NCBI GenBank assembly: GCA_041492755.1
Contig: JBGPXN010000165.1
Location: 1 to 10,318, forward strand
Direction of reading: 5' to 3'
Source: Candidatus Methylomirabilia bacterium
GTDB lineage: Bacteria > Methylomirabilota > Methylomirabilia > Rokubacteriales > CSP1-6
DNA length: 10,318 nt
In this document: in pieces, positions 1 through 6,250 of the stretch
How the letters are laid out: each line of letters starts with the position of its first letter
Numbering within the stretch: position 1 is the stretch's first letter
The notes under the pieces: model-generated
Seen by the model: only the letters and a program-made list of their open reading frames with translations
Database searches by the model: none
What the model was told of the DNA's origin: nothing
Translations under genes and position numbers: made by a program

Positions 1-824
1 CCGGCGGTGAGACCGGAGACGTAGTAGTCGAGGAAGAAGACGTAGAGGATGACGATGGGCACGGAGCCGAGGACGGCCCCCGCCATGAGCTGGCCCCAGT
101 AGTAGATGTCGCCGCGGATCAGCTCGCTCGTCACGCCCACGCTCGCCGTGATCTGGTCGGACGACGACGTGAAGGTCAGCGCGTAGATGAACTCGTTCCA
201 GGACAGCGTGAACGCGAAGAGCGCCGCACACACGAGGCCGGGGACGGCGATGGGGAGCACGATGCGCCAGAGCGCCTGGATGCGCGTGGCCCCGTCGACC
301 ATCGCGCACTCCTCCACTTCCTTCGGCACCGTGCGGAAGTAGCCCATGAGGAGCCACGTGCAGAACGGGACGAGGAAGGTGGGGTAGGTGACCACGAGCG
401 CCCACTTCGAGTCCCCGAGGCCGAGCCAGTTCACCACCTGGGCGAGCGGTAAGAACAGGAGCGAGGTCGGCACGAGGTAGGTGACGAAGATCCCGGTCCC
501 GAAGCTGCCCACCGCGAAGAACTTCAGGCGCGCGAGGGCGTAGGCGGCGGTGGTCCCCAGGACGAGGGACACCGCCGTCGCGAGGAAGGTGACCACCAGG
601 CTGTTCTTGGTCCACGTGAGGAACGCGGTGTCCCAGAGGAGCTTCGTGTAGTGCTCGAGCGTTGCGCCCTGCTGGATGAGGAGCGGCACCGCGTTGCGGT
701 CGTACAGCTCGCGGTCCGTCTTCAGCGACGTCAGCGTCATGTGATAGAAGGGAAACAGCGCGAAGACGAGGAACGGCACCAGCAGCGCGTGCATCAGGAT
801 CTTCGTCCGCACCTTCCGTGACAT
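1..824 (-). CDS. Carbohydrate ABC transporter permease (MalG/CUT1-type), 3' end truncated by window edge
   Basis: Not in the ORF track because there is no stop in the window. Manual translation from ATG 824-822, which overlaps the upstream TGA (TGATG): MSRKVRTKILMHALLVPFLVFALFPFYHMTLTSLKTDRELY...TWTKNSLVVT...YALARLKF...YFRTVPKEVEECAMVDGATRIQALWRIVLP...FTLSWNEFIYAL...WGQLMAGAVLGSVP...SGLTA. Contains an EAA-loop variant and multiple transmembrane segments. Confidence 0.93.
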   Translation of the reverse strand, partial: MSRKVRTKILMHALLVPFLVFALFPFYHMTLTSLKTDRELYDRNAVPLLIQQGATLEHYTKLLWDTAFLTWTKNSLVVTFLATAVSLVLGTTAAYALARLKFFAVGSFGTGIFVTYLVPTSLLFLPLAQVVNWLGLGDSKWALVVTYPTFLVPFCTWLLMGYFRTVPKEVEECAMVDGATRIQALWRIVLPIAVPGLVCAALFAFTLSWNEFIYALTFTSSSDQITASVGVTSELIRGDIYYWGQLMAGAVLGSVPIVILYVFFLDYYVSGLTA

Positions 825-1762
825 CAGTACTGTTGCTTCCGCACGAACTTGAGCTGTGCGAACACCACGAAGGCGAGCACCGGGAACAGGTAGAGCGAGA
901 TGGCCGCGCCCTCGCCGATCCGCCCGCTCTCGAGCCCGATCTGGTACGAGAGGGTGGCGAAGAGGTGCGTGGAGTTGATCGGTCCCCCGTGCGTCAGCAC
1001 GTAGACGATGTTGAAGTCGCTGAAGGTGAAGATCGTGGAGAAGAGGATGACGATGGCCAGGACCGGCTTGAGCATGGGGAGCGTGATGAGCCAGAAGCGC
1101 GCCCACGGGCCCGCCCCGTCGGCCTCCGCCGCCTCGTAGAGCTCCTTCGGGATCGAGACGAGCCCCGCCAGGATCGTGATCGCGAAGAACGGCAGCCCGC
1201 GCCAGATGTTCACCAACACCACCGCCGTCATCGCATAGTACTTCTGCCCCAGCCAGTTCGGGCCCGGCGGATCCAAGATCCCGAGCGCGATGCCGCTCCA
1301 GTTCACGACGCTGTAGAGCGAGTTGAACATCCACGACCATCCGAGGATGGACAGCGCGGTGGGGATGACCCACGGCAGGAGGACGGCACCCCGGATCAAC
1401 CGGTTGAACCAGAGCTGCTGGTTCAGGAGGAGGGCGAGCGAGATGCCGAGCACGAGCTTGAAGGCGACCGCCGCGCCGGTGAACACGAACGCGTTCTGGA
1501 AAGTATGACGGAAGGCGTCGCTCTGCCAGAGATTGATGAAGTTCTTCAGCCCGACCAGATGGCTCGGGCGGCCGATGAAGGCGTTGGAGACCGAGAAGTA
1601 GAGGGCCATGCAGAACGGATAGGCGACCAGGAGCACGATCAGGATCATGGCCGGCGTGATGAAGAGCGGGCCGAGCACGCGCTCGCGGTCGAGGAGCTCG
1701 CGCACGCGCGTCCGCCAGGGCAGGCGCGCGTGCGCGGTTACGGGAAAGGTGCCGATCGCCAT
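824..1762 (-). CDS. Carbohydrate ABC transporter permease (MalF/UgpA-type)
   Basis: 312-aa hydrophobic ORF with EAA loop ELYEAAEADGAGPWARFWLITLP and FSDFNIVYVLTHGGP; lies between the binding protein and the second permease. Confidence 0.95.
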   Translation of the reverse strand: MAIGTFPVTAHARLPWRTRVRELLDRERVLGPLFITPAMILIVLLVAYPFCMALYFSVSNAFIGRPSHLVGLKNFINLWQSDAFRHTFQNAFVFTGAAVAFKLVLGISLALLLNQQLWFNRLIRGAVLLPWVIPTALSILGWSWMFNSLYSVVNWSGIALGILDPPGPNWLGQKYYAMTAVVLVNIWRGLPFFAITILAGLVSIPKELYEAAEADGAGPWARFWLITLPMLKPVLAIVILFSTIFTFSDFNIVYVLTHGGPINSTHLFATLSYQIGLESGRIGEGAAISLYLFPVLAFVVFAQLKFVRKQQY

Positions 1763-1769
1763 CGTGACG

Positions 1770-3044
1770 CTATCCCGCCATCACCTTCTTCATCTCGTTC
1801 TCGGCCCACGCGATGGCGTCCTTGGTGGACGTGCCCGTGACCGCCTTGGCGAGCATGTTGGGCAGGATGAACGAGTTGGTGATGAGCTGGACCTTGTCGC
1901 TCGGCGGGGCCGGCCAGCCGTACGTGTGGAACTGGACGCCCTCCGCCTTGAGCGCGGCGTATTTCGGATCGGTCTTGAGGACCGGGTGGTCCTGGAGGTT
2001 AGCGTAGACCGGCAGGTTGAAGGCGTCTCCCGACATCACGTACTCGTCGTAGACCTCCTTCTTGCCGAGCAGGTACTTGATCCACTCCTTCGACGCCTCC
2101 ACGTTCTTCGAGAACTTCCAGATGCCGATATGGCGGGGGACGTCGGTCTCGTGACGACCGGCGGGGCCGGCGAGACTGCGGTGGTGGTTGATACCGTCGG
2201 CGCTGACCAGCTTCTTGTTCCGCGCCACGATGTAGGCGCTGACCGGGTTGTGGATCCAGCCCGCCTTGCCCTGCTGGATCGACTCGTTGTTGCTGGCGTC
2301 GTTCCAGGAGAGGACCTCGGGCTCCATGCAGTCCTTGTAGAGCTTCTTGACGAGCTCGACGACCTCGGCGGTCTGCGGCGAGTTGATGCGGACGGTCTTG
2401 CCGTCCTTGTCGACCTCCATGGCGCCGTAGCACCAGAGCATGGCCCCGCCGGTGGAGATGGTGTCGTAGTTCTGGCTGATGGGGATCCCGATCGGGTTGC
2501 CCATCTTCTTCAGCTCGCGGCCGACCTTGTAGAGGTCTTCCCAGGTGTCGGGGACCTTGAGCCCGGCCTTCTTGAAGAGGTCCTCGCGGTAGGTGGCGAC
2601 GAAGAAGGTGTGGTACTGCGGCACCGCGCGCCACGTGCCCTTGACGTTGGCCGTCTCGGAGCTCGACGAGAGCGCCTTGCCATATTGCTTCTCCAGCCCG
2701 GCGACCACGTCGGAGACATCCACGAGCTGCGGCTCGTAGAGCCAGGGGAAGTGCATGCGCATCTCGACCAGGTCGTGCCCCGCCTGGCTCTGCACCACGG
2801 AGGCGTACTTGGCCGCCTGCTGGGCGTGGGCGATGTGGTCGATCTTGAGCTTGATACCGGTGTCCTTCGTGAAGCGCTGGCCGATCTCCGCGAGCTTCTT
2901 GTCGGAAGCCGGCGCGAAGTTGTTCCAGCAGAGGTAGCTGATCTCACGCTGCTGGCCGCGCGCGGGCGGGACGCCGGCGGCGAGGATGCCGGCGAGTCCG
3001 GCGCCGGCGGTGGTCAGGAACTGACGACGGTTGGTCACGTACAT
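1770..3044 (-). CDS. ABC transporter extracellular solute-binding protein (family 1, sugar-type), Tat-exported
   Basis: 424 aa; twin-arginine motif NRRQFL followed by a hydrophobic stretch; YREDLFKKAGLKVPDTWEDL is typical of family 1 binding proteins; strong SD (GAGGAGAGGAACC-ATG). Confidence 0.95.
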   Translation of the reverse strand: MYVTNRRQFLTTAGAGLAGILAAGVPPARGQQREISYLCWNNFAPASDKKLAEIGQRFTKDTGIKLKIDHIAHAQQAAKYASVVQSQAGHDLVEMRMHFPWLYEPQLVDVSDVVAGLEKQYGKALSSSSETANVKGTWRAVPQYHTFFVATYREDLFKKAGLKVPDTWEDLYKVGRELKKMGNPIGIPISQNYDTISTGGAMLWCYGAMEVDKDGKTVRINSPQTAEVVELVKKLYKDCMEPEVLSWNDASNNESIQQGKAGWIHNPVSAYIVARNKKLVSADGINHHRSLAGPAGRHETDVPRHIGIWKFSKNVEASKEWIKYLLGKKEVYDEYVMSGDAFNLPVYANLQDHPVLKTDPKYAALKAEGVQFHTYGWPAPPSDKVQLITNSFILPNMLAKAVTGTSTKDAIAWAENEMKKVMAG

Positions 3045-3123
3045 GGTTCCTCTCCTCTAGTAGAGCCGAGCATGGCGGCTCCGTTGTCGCGCGCCACCAG
3101 ATTGATCTGCGCGGGTGGCGCCG

Positions 3124-3152
3124 AGAATAGGACCGGGCCTGGCCCCTGTCAA
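3124..3152 (-). promoter_or_regulatory. Sigma70-type promoter for the ABC transporter operon
   Basis: Minus strand reads TTGACA (3152-3147), exactly 17 nt, then TATTCT (3129-3124), about 80 nt upstream of the binding-protein ATG; conspicuous in 70% GC DNA. Confidence 0.8.
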
Positions 3153-3154
3153 TG

Positions 3155-4798
3155 TTACGCCTTCGGCGTCCAGTCCTTGTAACGCTCGCGCAGGGCCTTC
3201 TTGTCGAACTTCCCCACGCTCGTCTTCGGCACCGCGTCGATGAAGACGACCTCGTCGGGCAGCATCCACTTGGCGACCTGGGGCCGCAGGAACTCGATGA
3301 TGTCCTCCGGGCGCAGGCTCCCGGCGGCGTCGGCCTTCGGGACCACGCAGGCGAGCGGGCGCTCGATCCACTTCGGATGCGGCACCGCGATGACGGCGGC
3401 CTCCAGCACCTTGGGATGGGCCATGATGAGGTTCTCGATCGCCACGCTCGACATGAACTCGCCGCCCGACTTGATGACGTCTTTCGTGCGGTCGGTGATG
3501 ATCACGTAGCCCTCGGGATCGATCGCCGCCACGTCGCCCGTCTTGAACCAGCCGTCGGCGGTGAATCGCTCCGCGCTCTCCGGGTTGTCGTAGTACGACT
3601 TGAGGATCCATGGGCCGCGAACCTGGATCTCGCCCATGCTGGTGCCGTCCCAGGGCTGCTCGCGTCCCTGCTCGTCGACCACGCGGAGATCCACACCCAC
3701 GGACGGGTAGCCCTGGGTGGCGCGGACGGCGTACTGCTTGTCCTCGGGCCAGTCGAGCATGTAGCTCTTGAGCCGGGCCATCGTGCCGAGCGGCGTCATC
3801 TCCGTCATGCCCCAGGCGTGGGTCATGGACGCGCCGATCTTCTTGTCGTAGTGCTCGATGAGGCTGCGGGGGGCGGCCGATCCGCCGATGGGGATGCAGC
3901 GGATCGACGAGATGTCGTAGCTCTCCTTCTCCACCAGCTCCTTGACCGCGATCCACACCGTGGGCACCGCGCCCACGAACGTCACCCGCTCGCTCTGGAC
4001 CAGCTCGCAGATGTCGCGCGGCTGGGGATTCGGTCCGGCGAAGATCTGGGTGGCGCCCACCATGACGCCGGTGTAGGGCACGCACCACGCGTTGGCGTGG
4101 AACATCGGCACCACGTGCAGGATGACGTCGCGCTCGGAGAGCCCGAAGGAGTCGGTCATGGCCTGGGCCAGGCAGTGCACGTACACCGCCCGGTGCGTAT
4201 AGACAACCCCCTTGGGATGGCCGGTGGTTCCCGAGGTGTAGCACATGCCGGAGGCGTCGGTCTCGCCGAGCCGCGGCCACTCGGCCCGCGGCGCGGCGGC
4301 GCCGATCAGCTCTTCGTAATCCAGGCACCCCGGCGGCACGGTGGCGTCGGGCGTGTCGCGCATGATGACCACCTGCTTCACGCTCGGCAGCCGGTCGCGG
4401 ATCGGCGCCAGGATCGGCCACGTGCTCGCGTCGGCGAAGACGATGGTGTCCGCGGCGTGGTTGACGATGTACGTGAGATCCGACGCGGCCAGCCGGAAAT
4501 TCAGGGTGTGAAGCACGAAGCCGCTCAGGGGCACCGCCCAGTAGAGCTCGAGATGCCGGTGACTGTTACAGGCCAGCGTCGCCACGCGCTCACCCTTGCC
4601 CAGACCCAGGCGGGTGAGCGCCGTCGCGAGCTTCGCCGTCCGCTCGGCGAACTCGGCGTAGGTGTACCGGAAGGGCGGCTGGCCCGGCACCCGCGTGGTC
4701 AACGTCTTCCTGGCCCACAGGCGACGGCTGCGCTCGAAGAACTGCGTGAGCGTCAACGGGTAGTCCATCATGAGGTCGTTGACTGGAGCCGTCATCAT
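3155..4798 (-). CDS. Long/medium-chain acyl-CoA ligase (ANL superfamily, AlkK/DmdB/ttLC-FACS-like)
   Basis: C-terminal ~547 aa of the 826-aa track ORF. Likely start ATG 4798 or 4795 (MMTAPVNDLMMDYPLTL), preceded by GGGAGG and overlapping the upstream TGA. Motifs YTSGTTGHPKG, AWGMTEMTP, GWFKTGD, DRTKDVIKSGGE, PKTSVGKFDK. Confidence 0.93.
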   Translation of the reverse strand: MMTAPVNDLMMDYPLTLTQFFERSRRLWARKTLTTRVPGQPPFRYTYAEFAERTAKLATALTRLGLGKGERVATLACNSHRHLELYWAVPLSGFVLHTLNFRLAASDLTYIVNHAADTIVFADASTWPILAPIRDRLPSVKQVVIMRDTPDATVPPGCLDYEELIGAAAPRAEWPRLGETDASGMCYTSGTTGHPKGVVYTHRAVYVHCLAQAMTDSFGLSERDVILHVVPMFHANAWCVPYTGVMVGATQIFAGPNPQPRDICELVQSERVTFVGAVPTVWIAVKELVEKESYDISSIRCIPIGGSAAPRSLIEHYDKKIGASMTHAWGMTEMTPLGTMARLKSYMLDWPEDKQYAVRATQGYPSVGVDLRVVDEQGREQPWDGTSMGEIQVRGPWILKSYYDNPESAERFTADGWFKTGDVAAIDPEGYVIITDRTKDVIKSGGEFMSSVAIENLIMAHPKVLEAAVIAVPHPKWIERPLACVVPKADAAGSLRPEDIIEFLRPQVAKWMLPDEVVFIDAVPKTSVGKFDKKALRERYKDWTPKA

Positions 4799-5625
4799 CG
4801 CCTCCCGGGCGCGATCTCTCCCAGATCCTCCGACGTCGCGCAGCGGAATCCCACGAAATGGTGGCCGGCCGCGGCCCCCCGACGATCGTACGTGAGCCGC
4901 CGCGTCGGTGACAGAGCCTCCGCTGGATCGTCGTGCGAGGCGCCCCGCAGCACGACCCGGCCGTCGCCGGTCCACGCCTCGCGGCCATCGTCGCGACGAT
5001 ACGGGTAGGGTCGGAAGGCGGTCGAGGTCCACTCGCGCAGGTTGCCCAGCAGGTCGTGGACGCCGTACGGGCTGGCGCCCGCCGGGCGGCCGGCCGTCGG
5101 CTCCGTCGCGTTGTAGGGACGGCCGAACACGGCGTGCGCGGCTGACGGCGGCTCCGCCCCCCACGGATACGGGCGCGCATCGTCGCCGCGCGCGGCGCGT
5201 TCCCATTCCGCTTCGGTCGGCAGCCGGCGGCCCCGCCACGCGCAATAGTCGCGCGCTCCGTACCACGACGCTTCGACCGCGGGGTGACCTTCGTAGCCGG
5301 GGTCCGGTGTCCACCGGCCGTCGCGCAGGTGAATGCGCGCGTCCGGATCGCCCTCGTCGTAGCGCCGCTCGGCGCCGGGCGGCCGGAGCCCGGTCGCGTC
5401 GAGGAACGTCGCGAACTCGGCGTTCGTCACCTTGTGGCGCTCGATCCAGAAGTCGGCCAGGAACACCCGATGGCGCGGCCCTTCCTCGGCCGGACCGTGG
5501 TCGCGTCCCATCCAGAACGCGCCGGCGCGCACGAGCATGATGCCGTCGGCGCCGGCGCCCACCGGCGCCAGTAGCCCCCCGATGGCGATCGCCATGAGCG
5601 CAGCGCGCGCGCGCCGGGGTGTCAT
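4795..5625 (-). CDS. Secreted FGE-sulfatase domain protein (SUMF1/EgtB/PvdO-like fold)
   Basis: From ATG 5625 (276 aa): signal-peptide-like MTPRRARAALMAIAIGGLLAPVGAGA, then AGAFWMG, EEGPRHRVFL, HKVTNAEF, RRLPTEAEWERAARG, YPWG, HDLLGNLREW, VLRGAS, VGFRC. Confidence 0.9.
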   Translation of the reverse strand: MTPRRARAALMAIAIGGLLAPVGAGADGIMLVRAGAFWMGRDHGPAEEGPRHRVFLADFWIERHKVTNAEFATFLDATGLRPPGAERRYDEGDPDARIHLRDGRWTPDPGYEGHPAVEASWYGARDYCAWRGRRLPTEAEWERAARGDDARPYPWGAEPPSAAHAVFGRPYNATEPTAGRPAGASPYGVHDLLGNLREWTSTAFRPYPYRRDDGREAWTGDGRVVLRGASHDDPAEALSPTRRLTYDRRGAAAGHHFVGFRCATSEDLGEIAPGRR

Positions 5626-5633
5626 GGCGCCGC

Positions 5634-5642
5634 ACTCTACCA
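5634..5642 (-). promoter_or_regulatory. Putative extended -10 element (TG-G-TAGAGT) of a leaderless or short-leader transcript for the FGE-fold gene
   Basis: Minus strand TGGTAGAGT, 8 nt, then ATG 5625; no SD visible. Confidence 0.45.
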
Positions 5643-5653
5643 GATCGGTCCTC

Positions 5654-6078
5654 GATTCAGAGGTCGCGGGCCGGCCGGTCACGTCCGGGCGAGGTGGTTC
5701 CCGGCCACGCTCCCCCGCCGCGTTCGCCGACCGGGGGGCACGGCCGGAGATGGGGGGACGGGTCCTCTGACCACAGCCGACGGCGTACCGATCACCGGCG
5801 AGCTGTTCCCATTCTCATACGGCGATGTCGTCGTCTCGCGTGGCGGGAATGGGTCACCCGGACCCCATCCCCCCAGCTCCGGCCGTGCCCCCCGGTCGAT
5901 CGCGGTGTGCGCGTTCACGAATAATCCAGGCCAGCGGTGTGACGGGCATCGGCGGCGCGAATAGCCGGTGCCGCCCATCGTCCAACTCGTGGCGGGCGGG
6001 AACCAGATCGTCGGCAATCCCGTTCAAGCGATGACGGTGCCGGTGGCCGCTCCGCCGGCGTCGGGTAGCGACCGAATC
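5654..6078 (+). ncRNA. Candidate large structured ncRNA or palindromic element (unclassified)
   Basis: Nested collinear complementary segments close the region around the 5728-5898 inverted repeat; wobble positions are G-U on the + strand. No known RNA family signature recognised by eye. Confidence 0.35.
5728..5898. repeat. Long imperfect inverted repeat (arms 5728-5765 and 5860-5898, 94-nt spacer)
   Basis: Left arm CGACCGGGGGGCACGGCCGGAGATGGGGGGACGGGTCC; reverse complement of right arm CGACCGGGGGGCACGGCCGGAGCTGGGGGGATGGGGTCC; 22+8+6 = 36 Watson-Crick pairs. Confidence 0.92.
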
Positions 6079-6154
6079 ACCCTGTACCGCGCCCGGTAAC
6101 GCCGGGCGTATCGCGGGCGCCCGAGCCAGCCCCCGGCTCGGGGCACGCGTAAAG

Positions 6155-6188
6155 GGCACCGCCGGACGCAGAGGCGTCCGGCGGTGTC
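6155..6188. repeat. Strong hairpin (13-bp perfect stem, 4-nt loop); REP-like or terminator-like
   Basis: CACCGCCGGACGC (6157-6169), loop AGAG, GCGTCCGGCGGTG (6174-6186), extendable by G-U and G-C pairs. Only a short CCCTTT tail follows on the minus strand. Confidence 0.75.
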
Positions 6189-6232
6189 TGCCTCCCAGCG
6201 GTCCCGGCTGCGCGTGGCCCCCCGCCTGCGCG

Positions 6233-6241
6233 TGGTAATGT
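6233..6241 (+). promoter_or_regulatory. Putative extended -10 element (TG-G-TAATGT) for the aldolase-SDR operon
   Basis: TGGTAATGT ends 9 nt before ATG 6251; no SD upstream of this ATG. Confidence 0.4.
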
Positions 6242-6250
6242 GATGCCGCG

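Noticed and set aside
4830..4960. FGE-type CLec C-terminus as a diversity-generating retroelement variable region
   Set aside because: No template repeat differing at adenines was seen in the window, including the adjacent gap, and there is no reverse transcriptase. A remote DGR cannot be excluded.
4799..5635. 826-aa ORF suggesting a long N-terminal extension or fusion on the acyl-CoA ligase
   Set aside because: The extra ~280 aa are Arg/Gly/Pro-rich off-frame read-through of the FGE-fold gene; an SD and ATG at 4798/4795 give a normal-length ligase.
5780..5826. Minus-strand GCCGTATGAG resembling the start of group II intron domain V
   Set aside because: The complementary 3' half (ACGTACGG-like) and GNRA loop are absent at the expected spacing.
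5728..5898. Retron msr-msd (a1/a2 inverted repeats), 6S, SRP, RNase P, tmRNA or cobalamin riboswitch
   Set aside because: No adjacent reverse transcriptase, and I could not find the SRP GGAA-loop motif, RNase P GAGGAAAGUCC, tmRNA tRNA-like ends or a B12 box. 6S was not recognisable but needs an Rfam scan to exclude.
6151..6188. Classical intrinsic terminator
   Set aside because: Strong stem but only three T residues after CCC on the minus strand and no U-tract on the plus strand, with no gene ending upstream; kept only as a hairpin.
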